64,000 nt of DNA, from assembly GCA_046045965.1 (NCBI GenBank), contig JBJOKS010000016.1, positions 1 to 64,000 of the forward strand, written 5' to 3'. Below, in pieces: positions 20,177 through 29,738 of the stretch. This DNA comes from Cyanobacteriota bacterium. Its GTDB lineage: Bacteria > Cyanobacteriota > Cyanobacteriia > Cyanobacteriales > Nostocaceae. Under the pieces are notes generated by a model. It saw only the letters and a list, made by a program, of their open reading frames with translations, did not search any database and was not told the DNA's origin. A program made the position numbers and the translations under genes. The stretch's first letter is position 1. The number at the start of each line of letters is the position of its first letter.

Positions 20177-22501
20177 ATGCAGTGGAATTTAGTAGAAACA
20201 GAATCACTTCCTGAATGGTTTATCCAAGCTGTTAAACAGTACATACCCTCATCAAATGGAATTTTTGCCGCACAATTATTATGGCAAAGAGGAATAAAAA
20301 CAGAATTAGAATTAGCCAGTTTTGTTAATTTCCAAATTTATCAACCTGCAAGTCCGTTTGAATTTGGACAAGAGATGAATTTGGCAGTTAACCGATTAAA
20401 CAAAGCGGCGATATCTGGTGAAAAGATAGCGATTTGGGGAGACTTTGACGCTGATGGGATTACCTCAACTGCGGTTTTATGGGATGGTTTAGGACAATTT
20501 TTTATTCAACATGAACAATTAACTTATTATATTCCTAATCGGTTAACAGAATCTCATGGTTTAAATTTAGCAGGAATTGATAATTTAGCTGCACAAGGTT
20601 GTAAATTAATCGTTACTTGTGACACGGGAAGTACAAATATTGATGAAATTATTTATGCTCAAAAATTAGGAATTGATGTTCTTGTCACAGATCATCATAC
20701 CTTACCTGCTGAACGTCCTCCAGTAGTTGCAATTATCAATCCTCGTTCTTTACCTAAAGAACATCCGTTATTTCATCTTTCTGGAGTTGCAGTTGCTTAT
20801 AAATTAGTGGAAGCATTATATGAAACTTTGCCAGATGTACCCCAACATCCCCTAGAAGATTTATTAGATTTAGTAGCGGTAGGATTAATTGCTGATTTGG
20901 TGCAATTAAGTGGAGATTGCCGTTTTTTAGCACAAGTAGGAATTCAAAAATTACACACTGAGTTTAAAAGACCTGTAGATGAAAGAAGAAGACCAGGGGT
21001 AGGAAAGTTATTAGAATTATGCCAGAAAAGTGGCGATCGCCCCACAGATATTTCCTTTGGTTTAGGTCCTAGAATTAACGCAGTTAGTAGAATTCATGGT
21101 GATGCTAGTTTCTGTGTAGAACTATTAACAAGTCGAGATATTCAACGTTGTCAGCAACTTGCAGAAGAAACAGAATTAGCAAATACCCGACGGAAATCTT
21201 TACAAAAAGATGTCCAAAATCAAGTATTTAAAAAACTCTCCCAAATAGATTTATCAACTACTAGTGTTATCGTTTTAGAAGACGCTCAATGGCCTAGTGG
21301 TGTTTTAGGTTTAGTCGCAGGTCAAGTGGCACAAGAAACAGGTCGTCCAACAATTTTGTTAAGTACAGAAAGCGGAGAATCTGAACCAAATAAACCAAAA
21401 TTTGCGCGTGGTTCTGCACGTTCCATTAATTCCGTCGATTTATATCAATTAGTTCAAGAACAAGCACATTTATTACATCGTTTTGGTGGACATCCCTTTG
21501 CAGCAGGTTTAAGTTTATTAGTTGAGAATATTCCCTTATTTACAGATGCAATTAATCAAAAATTACGGCAATCTTTAGGGGGAATAAATCTCACACCTAC
21601 AGTACAAGCTGATTTAGTGGTGACAGTTGCAGATTTAGGAAAAGAATTATTTTTAGAACTGAAACTTTTAGAACCTTGTGGAATGGGAAACCCTATTCCT
21701 AAACTATTAATTAAAAATTGCTGGTTTGAAAAAGCTTGGCATCGAAATCAAGAAGATTTAAAAGGCAAGAAAATACAATATATTAAAACCGAGTTTTTGA
21801 TTCGTGATGATTCCACAAACCATACTTTTCCTGGTATTTGGTGGGGACATTATCAAGAAGAATTGCCTAATGGTAGATGTGATTGTATCGCAGAAATAGA
21901 CTTTAATAGTTTTCAAGATAAAAATCGTTATGAAATTAGATTAATTGCTGTGCGTCCTTGTGCTGATTTAGAAGTAAAAAGTGAGAAATCAGCGATGATT
22001 TTAGATTGGAGAAATCAGGATGATTTAGAATTTAAAGAAAATAACTCAATATTGATTATTAAAGATTGTCCAACAAATTGGGATGATTTACGTGCTTGGT
22101 TAAGAAGGTCAATTTATAATCAACAACAAATAGCTATAGCTTGGTCAAAACCAGAAAACCAAACACCCAAAGAAATTTGGTTTACCTTAGTAGGAATTGC
22201 TAAATATCTAAATCGGACGAATCAAAAAGTTACTCGTTTACAACTTGTAGAAAAACTGAGTATCTGTGATAAAAGCTTACATTTAGGATTTAAAGCTTTA
22301 AAATATTTAGGATTTACTGTTGAACATCAAGACCGTTATTTCCAAATTACTTGGGATGAATTTATTAGCGATGAAAACAAGGCTAATATTGCTATTAACC
22401 AATTTTTAGCCGCAGTCAAGGAAGAACAATTTCAAAAGGAATATTTTGCCACAGTTCCTATATCTATGATTCAAGCGATCGCTTTTAATGATTTACTTTG
22501 A
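20177..22501 (+). CDS. recJ: Single-stranded-DNA-specific exonuclease RecJ
   Basis: GDFDADG, TDHH, PRINA, GGHPFAAG (DHH/DHHA1). Confidence 0.95.
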   Translation: MQWNLVETESLPEWFIQAVKQYIPSSNGIFAAQLLWQRGIKTELELASFVNFQIYQPASPFEFGQEMNLAVNRLNKAAISGEKIAIWGDFDADGITSTAVLWDGLGQFFIQHEQLTYYIPNRLTESHGLNLAGIDNLAAQGCKLIVTCDTGSTNIDEIIYAQKLGIDVLVTDHHTLPAERPPVVAIINPRSLPKEHPLFHLSGVAVAYKLVEALYETLPDVPQHPLEDLLDLVAVGLIADLVQLSGDCRFLAQVGIQKLHTEFKRPVDERRRPGVGKLLELCQKSGDRPTDISFGLGPRINAVSRIHGDASFCVELLTSRDIQRCQQLAEETELANTRRKSLQKDVQNQVFKKLSQIDLSTTSVIVLEDAQWPSGVLGLVAGQVAQETGRPTILLSTESGESEPNKPKFARGSARSINSVDLYQLVQEQAHLLHRFGGHPFAAGLSLLVENIPLFTDAINQKLRQSLGGINLTPTVQADLVVTVADLGKELFLELKLLEPCGMGNPIPKLLIKNCWFEKAWHRNQEDLKGKKIQYIKTEFLIRDDSTNHTFPGIWWGHYQEELPNGRCDCIAEIDFNSFQDKNRYEIRLIAVRPCADLEVKSEKSAMILDWRNQDDLEFKENNSILIIKDCPTNWDDLRAWLRRSIYNQQQIAIAWSKPENQTPKEIWFTLVGIAKYLNRTNQKVTRLQLVEKLSICDKSLHLGFKALKYLGFTVEHQDRYFQITWDEFISDENKANIAINQFLAAVKEEQFQKEYFATVPISMIQAIAFNDLL

Positions 22502-22723
22502 TAACAGTAAGATATAATAAATTTACCTACCCATAATATTATTTGCGGTTATGGTTAATACTTCTGTCAAAACTGCAAGTAATTATCCTGGTTATATTCC
22601 GCCTTTATAAAGTAAAGTGGCATTTAAAAATAAATTATATCGGTGTTGGGAATAGGGAAATGAATAACCCCATTACCAATTACCAATTACCAATTACCAA
22701 TTACCAATTACCAATTACCCATC

Positions 22724-23737
22724 TTATTCTCCCTCTTCAGTAGTTACTACCTTACCTCGAAAAACAAAGTAATTGTAGATATTATAAAACAACATAATCG
22801 GAATCAAAAACCCAATGAACGTAATCATGAACACCATTGAAGTAGCAGAAGAAGCTGCTTGATAAATGGTAATAGTGGGGGGGATAATGTAGGGGAAAGC
22901 AATAAATCCTAAGCCGATAAACGTCAGAAAAAAGATTAAAGCTGTGTAGACAAAAGAAGCTACTTCTTGTTTACTATTTAGGCTTTGTAGCAGCAACCAA
23001 ATCAGCAATATACCCAACAAAGGAATCAGGGCGAAAATATAAACTTCTGGTTGATGAAATAGCCTCGCTCTAGCATTTTCATAGACAATTGGTGTCGTTA
23101 TGGTAATTAAACTTGCCCCGATGAAAGTTGTCCAAGCTGCTAATTTGGCAGTGCTAAAATGAGTTTCTTGTAATTTACCTTCGGTTTTCAGAATTAAGTA
23201 AGTTGAACCAATCAAGACATAACCTTGTACAAGTGTCAATGCTGTTAATAATGATTGCCAACTTAACCAATCCCATATACCCCCAGTAAAATGTCCGGCT
23301 GCATCAACTTTGATTCCTGCTAATACACCACCCAAAGCAAATCCTTGAAATAAAGCAGCAATAAAACTGCCAATACCAAAGGCAAAATTCCAGAAACTTT
23401 TATTATCAGAATGTTCCCGAAATTCAAAAGCAACAGCCCGTAAAATTAACCCTACAACCATCACCATTAAAGGCAAATACAGGGCATTTAAAATTGTTCC
23501 ATAAGCTAAAGGAAAAGCTCCAAATAATGCACCTGCCATCAAAACTAACCAGGTTTCGTTAGCATCCCACACATTACCCAAACTGGTCATTAATAAACTA
23601 CGGCGTTTTTCATCAGAAGAAGTCAAAGAGAGGATACCAACGCCTAAATCAAAACCATCTAAAAGCACATAAAGAAACAGAAATAACCCCAGAATTACAA
23701 ACCAAACTTGTGGTAAAAAGTGCAGTAAAGCTTCCAT
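22724..23737 (-). CDS. cydB: Cytochrome bd ubiquinol oxidase subunit II
   Basis: LDGFDLGVG, WDANETWL, LRAVAFEFR. Confidence 0.96.
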   Translation of the reverse strand: MEALLHFLPQVWFVILGLFLFLYVLLDGFDLGVGILSLTSSDEKRRSLLMTSLGNVWDANETWLVLMAGALFGAFPLAYGTILNALYLPLMVMVVGLILRAVAFEFREHSDNKSFWNFAFGIGSFIAALFQGFALGGVLAGIKVDAAGHFTGGIWDWLSWQSLLTALTLVQGYVLIGSTYLILKTEGKLQETHFSTAKLAAWTTFIGASLITITTPIVYENARARLFHQPEVYIFALIPLLGILLIWLLLQSLNSKQEVASFVYTALIFFLTFIGLGFIAFPYIIPPTITIYQAASSATSMVFMITFIGFLIPIMLFYNIYNYFVFRGKVVTTEEGE

Positions 23738-23747
23738 GTAATTGTTC

Positions 23748-25190
23748 CTATTGCGGTGTTTCCAAAGGACGACTATCGGGAATATGACTCACAGATTCAG
23801 TAGCAATTACTGTTTTGATCTCACTTCCTGGTATGGGTAAATTCAAATCTGGTCCTTTGCGAATAATGCGGCTACCAAAAAACATAGCTGAAACGAACAA
23901 CACACTGTAAAGAAGAGTAATAACTGTGAGTGAAAATAACACTTCACCTGGTTCTAAATGAGAAGCTGCATCAGTAGTACGAATTTGCCCATATACCGTC
24001 CAAGGTTGTCTTCCCACACAGCGAACAATCCAGCCTGATTCAATTGCCAAATAGCCCAAAGGTGCAGCTAAAATCCAAGCTCGTAACAACCATTTTTGCT
24101 GACTTATGTTGTTATTACTCAGTTGACCTCGTAACCATTGAATAATACTCCATAGCATTAATCCGACTAAGAAAAAGCCGATTCCTACCATTAAGCGGAA
24201 AGAATAATAAATGAGGGGAATCATTGGTGGACGGTTTTCTGGTTTCCATTCTTTGAGTCCCAAAACAGGCTGAGAAAGTTTAGGTTTTAGTTCTAAAATG
24301 TAACTTAAACCATTGGGAATAGAAATTTCCCAATCATTTTTTTCCGCTTTGCCATTAGGAGATGCCAATAAACTCCAATTCGCAGATTCTCCAGCGGGAA
24401 TTGTTTCCCACTGTGCTTCCATTGCTGCTAGTTTGGTGGGTTGATAATGATAAACTTGATCGCCACTAGCATGACCAATTAACACTTGTAAAGGAGCGAC
24501 AAAAATTGCGATCGCTAAAACTATTTTCAAAGATTTGCTAAAAAATTCTGACTGGCGATTATTAAGAATATACCAAGCACTAATGCCGCCAATTACAAAT
24601 AAAGAAGTCTCCAAAGTTGCCAAAAACATATGGAGAACACTATTCACCATGAAGGGATTTAAAATGGCTTGGAAATAGTCATTGACAATAAACTTCCCAT
24701 TCACCATTTCTCCACCAGCAGGAGTTTGAAACCATGAATTAGCAACTAAAATCCAGAATGTGGAAAGATTCGCACCAAAAGCAACCAGAATAGTCGCTAA
24801 ATAGTGAATTACCGGAGGAACTCGATCCCAACCAAACATCATAATTCCCAGAAAAGAAGCCTCTAACATAAATGCCATTGAGCCTTCAAATCCCAGAATA
24901 CTACCTAAAAAATCTCCCACCGCTTCTGATAATGGGGCCCAGTTAGTCCCAAACTGAAAACCCATTGGTAAACCTGATGCAACTCCGATACCAAAGTTGA
25001 GTAAATACAGTTTTGACCAAAAACGAGCATGATGATAATAAGTAGGATTTTTGGTTTTTAACCATAGTCCTTCCACGACAATTAAGTAGATAGACATACC
25101 TGTAGTTAGCACAGGCCAAATCATGTGGAAAATCGCTGTGAATGCAAATTGCATCCGTGATAACGCTACGGTATTAGATAAAAATTCCAT
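23748..25190 (-). CDS. cydA: Cytochrome bd ubiquinol oxidase subunit I
   Basis: SRMQFA..FH, FQFGTNW, QPTKLAAME, GRQPW. Confidence 0.97.
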   Translation of the reverse strand: MEFLSNTVALSRMQFAFTAIFHMIWPVLTTGMSIYLIVVEGLWLKTKNPTYYHHARFWSKLYLLNFGIGVASGLPMGFQFGTNWAPLSEAVGDFLGSILGFEGSMAFMLEASFLGIMMFGWDRVPPVIHYLATILVAFGANLSTFWILVANSWFQTPAGGEMVNGKFIVNDYFQAILNPFMVNSVLHMFLATLETSLFVIGGISAWYILNNRQSEFFSKSLKIVLAIAIFVAPLQVLIGHASGDQVYHYQPTKLAAMEAQWETIPAGESANWSLLASPNGKAEKNDWEISIPNGLSYILELKPKLSQPVLGLKEWKPENRPPMIPLIYYSFRLMVGIGFFLVGLMLWSIIQWLRGQLSNNNISQQKWLLRAWILAAPLGYLAIESGWIVRCVGRQPWTVYGQIRTTDAASHLEPGEVLFSLTVITLLYSVLFVSAMFFGSRIIRKGPDLNLPIPGSEIKTVIATESVSHIPDSRPLETPQ

Positions 25191-25533
25191 ACTCTTTGAG
25201 GGAGTTACGCAAAAACGCTAAATATGTATTTAGGATATACAGTAATTTTGTGTTTATCTGGTATTACTTCCAAAAGTTTTAACCTTTGAAATATTTGACA
25301 AATCGTCATTTTATTTCTTTTACCTTTTTGTAATCTGTCATCTATCCCAAGAAATTAACTGTCAAGATATAAGTATGTTGGCGTTGAAAATTGTCGTTGG
25401 GGTATTGTGAGCATTTAGCCGTCAGCTATCAGCCCTAATTAGACCCCACCCCTAACCCCTCCTCGCTTGCGACGAGGGGAATAAGAAATTTTTTCATCTC
25501 TCCTAGTGTACGCAGTTCATGATGGCTACTTAA

Positions 25534-25782
25534 TTAAGAACCAAAGGAATTTAATACCCGCGTTATTGCATCAATAAATTTTTCTCCCCAAATACTTGAT
25601 AGCAAACCAGATAATAGAATCAGGAATAATGCAATAACTAGATGAAATAAATTCAAATCATCTATAGACGATAATGAAATAGGAATAGTTACCACCAAGA
25701 CACCAAATGCAGTACCTCCAAGAAATCTGTAAATAACTTTAGCAGTGGAACGTTGCTTAATATCAGTATTTTCTGAAGTCAT
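25534..25782 (-). CDS. Small two-TM hypothetical membrane protein
   Basis: Two hydrophobic segments; same strand as TonB receptor and cydAB. Confidence 0.65.
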   Translation of the reverse strand: MTSENTDIKQRSTAKVIYRFLGGTAFGVLVVTIPISLSSIDDLNLFHLVIALFLILLSGLLSSIWGEKFIDAITRVLNSFGS

Positions 25783-25994
25783 CAAAGTTTCCTGAGAAAT
25801 CGTAAACAACAGAATATTTAGCTACCATTAATAATTATACAACCTAAATGATTGCGGTGCGATCGCTGCGGGATTTTGAACAGCAATTTTCGGCATTGCA
25901 TAATGATGGTATAAGTTTTGTTTCGATGTGAGCAATAGCGTAGCGCACCAAATTCTTGATCATAGTGCGTTACGGATTTCATACTATCTATAAA

Positions 25995-28535
25995 TCAAAA
26001 ACTCGCCTTGATTTGCACCCCGTACATCGCCGGATCACCAAATCCCGCAGTTACATTAGGCGGCGGGAAAAAGAAACCAGAATTAATATAACGAGTGTCA
26101 AACAAATTGTTAGCAAATAAATAAATACCGTACTTTTTCCACTCATAACCAATTCTGGCATTTACTAATACAAAAGGATCTTGTTTAATCTCATTAGCAT
26201 CATCAAAATAATTTGTGCCGTAACCGCGCAATTCTCCACGGGCAAAAATACCCCCTGAACTGCGATATTGAATCGCTAAATTGTAAGTTAATTCTGGTGC
26301 AAGAGGAACACGATTATTACTATAATTTATGCCTGTAAATGGATTGGTGTAGTTTTGAAATTTGCTATCTACATAACCCACACCAGCAATTAAATCTAGC
26401 CCCTTTACAGGTTGGGCTTTTAGTTCAAATTCTAATCCAGTAATATCCACATCAGCGTTGGCAATATCGCGGAAAAATCCATCATTGTCAGTTAACAACA
26501 CTTGATAGTCATTGACATTAGTTCTAAACACCGATAAATTAGCTATCAAACGATTATCCAACCAAGAAGACTTTAAACCCGCTTCATAAGTCCAAGATGT
26601 TTCTTCTCGATATTGACGGGTTGCATCATCGTCAGCGCGGTAATTGAGTCCACTGGGGCGATATCCTTGGGCAATTGTGCCGTAAGCCATTAAATTTGGC
26701 GTAATTTGATACTGCAACCCAAAACGAGGAATTAAGGCGCTACTACTGATTTCTGCACCTTTTAATTCAGCACTCAATGGGATAACTCCACCACCTGGCG
26801 TTTCCAACACACGACGACGACTCAGGGTGCTATCCGCGGTTTCATAACGCAAACCGGCAAATAAAGTTAAGGGTTCAATGAGTTTGTAGTCTAATTGACC
26901 AAATACTGCATAAGTATTACGAGATTGTTCGGCAGAAACACGGTTGCGTCCTTCTGGTACACCGAATATGGCGGTGGCTGTTGCTGTTCGTTCTATAGTA
27001 TCGTTAACAACATTAAAATCACGTCCTTCATAATATCCACCGAGTAACCAGCGAAAACGGTCTGCGCTTTCAGGAGACTGGAAACGTAACTCCTGTGACC
27101 AAACGGTAGAATTAATATCTATAATTTGCCTGAGTACATCAAGTTCAGGAAAGTTATCTCCCAGGAAATTAGATTGATTGGTAAAACGCCTTGCTGTAAT
27201 GGACGTAGCCCGAAATTTAGCACCATCATAGCCGATTTTCAAGGCTTGGGTATTACTGCTTAACCGCGCAAAACCATCTACACTTTGATCTATCTGAAAT
27301 GGGTCAGGGGCATTACGGAGATTAAAGCTAGGATTTCCACCATCACTATCACTAGCATAGGTATTGAAAGACACGCTCCATTCTGGTGTAGGTGTCCAAA
27401 GAATTTGCCCTCGTCCCGCTACTTTTGATACTTCGCCAACAGTGCGATTCAATGTCGTATTATCAATAAATCCATCCCGTGCGTTGTATACACCAGCTAG
27501 TCGAAAGGATAGCTGATCAGGAATTACCGCATCGCTAAGGGAAAGTTGCAATTCACGGCTGTTGTAGCTGCCATAACTGGCTGAAACTCCAAATTCCGGC
27601 GTTTGAGTCGGTTGACGGGAAATCACATTCACAACCCCGGCCGGACTGCTTCTCCCGTAAAGGGTACTTTGGGGACCGCGTAGGACTTCGACTCGTTCTA
27701 AATCAATCAAGCTCAGGTCTAAAAAGCCACCATAATCGAAGGGGACATCATCAATGTAAAAAGCTACAGTATCTTGGTTAGCAAAAGGGTTGAAATTACT
27801 TAAACCACGCATACTGTAATAGTTATATTCAGTACCGCCAGATGAAGTTGGAGAAAAGGTAAAGTTGGGTGTGTTGTTGGCGATACCAGAGAAAGAACTC
27901 ACTTGACCGTCTTCGAGTTGCTGACGGGGAATTACCGTTAGACTAAGTGGTACATCCTGAGAGTCTTCTGTCCGCTTTTGGGCTGTGACGGTTATTTCTA
28001 TGTCTGGTTCTGATGTAGCGGCATATATATTTAAAGTTAAACTGCCATTATTTGCACTTATCTGTAGTGTTGGTGCATCTTCAATTCCAGTTACTACAAC
28101 TCGGACTTGGTTATTTTCTTGTTGTGTAACCGTAATTGCCGTAATTCCCACTGCTGGATTTTTGGTTGTAAACTCTTTTTGATCTGGTAAAGCTAGGACT
28201 GCATTGGGTATATCTGCAATTAAAATATTACCATCAATTAAAGTTTTTGGTGCGGATAATTCTCCAGTGGTCGTTTCTAAAACAACTTCCAAACCAGTTT
28301 CTGTTTCTTGCAGTCGTACACCAGTAATTTGCAAAACTTGAGAAGTTGGAGATTCCTGTGCTAACCAATCTTTAATACTCGTTTTTGGACTTTCTATATC
28401 ATTTAGTCGGGGAATATCTGTAATAACTCCACTGGGAACAGTTTCTGCATTTGCTGTTTGATTTATTAACAAACAAATCGTACTTGCCACACTTATAGAC
28501 ACACACTGTTGTAACTTCAAAGCTGCCCCCCACAT
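25995..28535 (-). CDS. TonB-dependent outer membrane receptor with N-terminal AMIN-like domain
   Basis: ITVTAQKR TonB box, ERVEVLRGPQSTLYG plug motif, NLFD, terminal F; true start may be TTG 28520. Confidence 0.95.
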   Translation of the reverse strand: MWGAALKLQQCVSISVASTICLLINQTANAETVPSGVITDIPRLNDIESPKTSIKDWLAQESPTSQVLQITGVRLQETETGLEVVLETTTGELSAPKTLIDGNILIADIPNAVLALPDQKEFTTKNPAVGITAITVTQQENNQVRVVVTGIEDAPTLQISANNGSLTLNIYAATSEPDIEITVTAQKRTEDSQDVPLSLTVIPRQQLEDGQVSSFSGIANNTPNFTFSPTSSGGTEYNYYSMRGLSNFNPFANQDTVAFYIDDVPFDYGGFLDLSLIDLERVEVLRGPQSTLYGRSSPAGVVNVISRQPTQTPEFGVSASYGSYNSRELQLSLSDAVIPDQLSFRLAGVYNARDGFIDNTTLNRTVGEVSKVAGRGQILWTPTPEWSVSFNTYASDSDGGNPSFNLRNAPDPFQIDQSVDGFARLSSNTQALKIGYDGAKFRATSITARRFTNQSNFLGDNFPELDVLRQIIDINSTVWSQELRFQSPESADRFRWLLGGYYEGRDFNVVNDTIERTATATAIFGVPEGRNRVSAEQSRNTYAVFGQLDYKLIEPLTLFAGLRYETADSTLSRRRVLETPGGGVIPLSAELKGAEISSSALIPRFGLQYQITPNLMAYGTIAQGYRPSGLNYRADDDATRQYREETSWTYEAGLKSSWLDNRLIANLSVFRTNVNDYQVLLTDNDGFFRDIANADVDITGLEFELKAQPVKGLDLIAGVGYVDSKFQNYTNPFTGINYSNNRVPLAPELTYNLAIQYRSSGGIFARGELRGYGTNYFDDANEIKQDPFVLVNARIGYEWKKYGIYLFANNLFDTRYINSGFFFPPPNVTAGFGDPAMYGVQIKASF

Positions 28536-28608
28536 TCCACGAAAAAATAACTAGAGATATTACGTCCCAAGTCTCCAGGTAGGATTATTTACTTCTTAGA
28601 CTCAGGTT

Positions 28609-28629
28609 GTCAAAAGACAAGGTGTCAAA
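28609..28629 (-). promoter_or_regulatory. Operator-like box TTTGACACCTTGTCTTTTGAC upstream of TonB receptor
   Basis: 19/21 identical to box at 29618-29638 upstream of mbnP. Confidence 0.65.
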
Positions 28630-28731
28630 TCGAGTATTTATTTAGTATTTATTTACGCATATACGTTATACCCAACAAACTTTGTACGGCTTGCCGTATT
28701 TTTTTATCATGTCAAGCCCTTGCAAAAAATA

Positions 28732-28759
28732 TTTACAAAATGTTATATTCATTTACATA
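28732..28759 (+). promoter_or_regulatory. HLR1 (RpaB) direct repeats overlapping hli promoter
   Basis: TTTACAAA-AT-GTTATATT-CA-TTTACATA; TTGCAA (28720)-18-TATATT. Confidence 0.7.
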
Positions 28760-28776
28760 AGGAAACAAAAAAAAAC

Positions 28777-28989
28777 ATGACAGCTAAAGGCTTTACCACC
28801 AACGAACTCGGTCAACTCAACAGCTTTGCAATTGAACCCAAAGTATATGTAGACGAAACTCCAAGAGTAGGTTTCACAGAATACGCAGAAAAGCTAAATG
28901 GACGTTTAGCCATGATAGGCTTTGTTTCACTCATAGCGGTAGAAGCGATTACCGGAAATGGCTTGATTGCATGGTTATCAAACCTGTAA
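28777..28989 (+). CDS. hli: High-light-inducible protein (Hli/Scp)
   Basis: [21 protein letters not shown] chlorophyll-binding helix; ATG 28777. Confidence 0.95.
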   Translation: MTAKGFTTNELGQLNSFAIEPKVYVDETPRVGFTEYAEKLNGRLAMIGFVSLIAVEAITGNGLIAWLSNL

Positions 28990-29032
28990 ATTATTTTTTA
29001 GTCCACCAATACAACATTAAAAGAGGAAAACT

Positions 29033-29272
29033 ATGAAAACTGATTTTGATTTCCCTAAAAAAGACTTAATTGGGCCAGTTGTCTTTCGTCCCGAATTTAA
29101 TAACTTTGAAACAATTAATGTCAACCAAGCCTGGTCATTATTTTTCAGTGCAGGACAAGACGACAAAGGACTAGGAGAAGAAACTGAATTAGGTAGATTT
29201 TTTACCAATGTTTTAATTGCAGTAGGAGTAACAGGAACTCTTTGGTCAACTTTCTTTAATAACTTGGGATAA
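29033..29272 (+). CDS. Small single-TM protein, LilA (Slr1544)-like partner of hli
   Basis: GAGG RBS, 79 aa, C-terminal TM, directly downstream of hli; family identity from recall. Confidence 0.65.
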   Translation: MKTDFDFPKKDLIGPVVFRPEFNNFETINVNQAWSLFFSAGQDDKGLGEETELGRFFTNVLIAVGVTGTLWSTFFNNLG

Positions 29273-29355
29273 GAAGTTGACGGTGAGTTATAAACTGAAT
29301 AATTATCTAAGGAGTCTTTGTTATTAGAACACAGACTTCTTTTAATTTTAATATT

Positions 29356-29603
29356 TAGCAATTCCCATTCCAATACTTTTCGGTTAAGCCCAAAAAATAT
29401 AATGATGTAGGTTGGGTTGACGATAGGAAACCCAACATTTACAAGGGTTTGTTGGGTTTCACTTTGTTCAACCCAACCTACGAAAACTCTTAACCGAACA
29501 GTATTGATTCCCATTCAAGTAAGGTACAAGCATTCATAAGTAAACGCAGATAAACGCAGATAAACGCAGATAATTTTGTACTTCCTTAGACTAGTAAATG
29601 CTA
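29356..29603. mobile_element. Nested MITEs: inner element 29371-29506 inserted in an outer element
   Basis: Inner TIRs CAATACTTTTCGGTTAAG/CTTAACCGAACAGTATTG (17/18), exact 10-bp flanking duplication ATTCCCATTC; outer ends TAGCA..GGTACAA / TTGTAC..TGCTA. Confidence 0.85.
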
Positions 29604-29617
29604 TATCAAAACTCAAG

Positions 29618-29638
29618 TTTGACAAGTTGTCTTTTGAC
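29618..29638 (+). promoter_or_regulatory. Operator-like box TTTGACAAGTTGTCTTTTGAC upstream of mbnP
   Basis: GACA-N3-TGTC dyad; near-identical to 28609-28629. Confidence 0.65.
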
Positions 29639-29738
29639 TAAGTGGTTTATTTAACTGAAAATAGCTGTTCATAATATTAACGTTAATAGCCCCTCACACT
29701 GAAAAAGTAACTAAATTCCTTTATTCATAGAACCAAGC

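Noticed and set aside
22543..22743. 66-aa ORF
   Set aside because: Its NYQLPIT repeats are translated STRR; the 8231-8461 and 51985-52224 ORFs are likewise repeat-derived.
29017..29514. 165-aa minus-strand ORF
   Set aside because: Made of MITE/REP sequence plus the antisense of the 29033 gene.
29655..29675. Possible Zur/Fur box upstream of mbnP (TGAAAATAGCTGTTCA)
   Set aside because: Poor fit to the TGATAATNATTATCA-type dyad.
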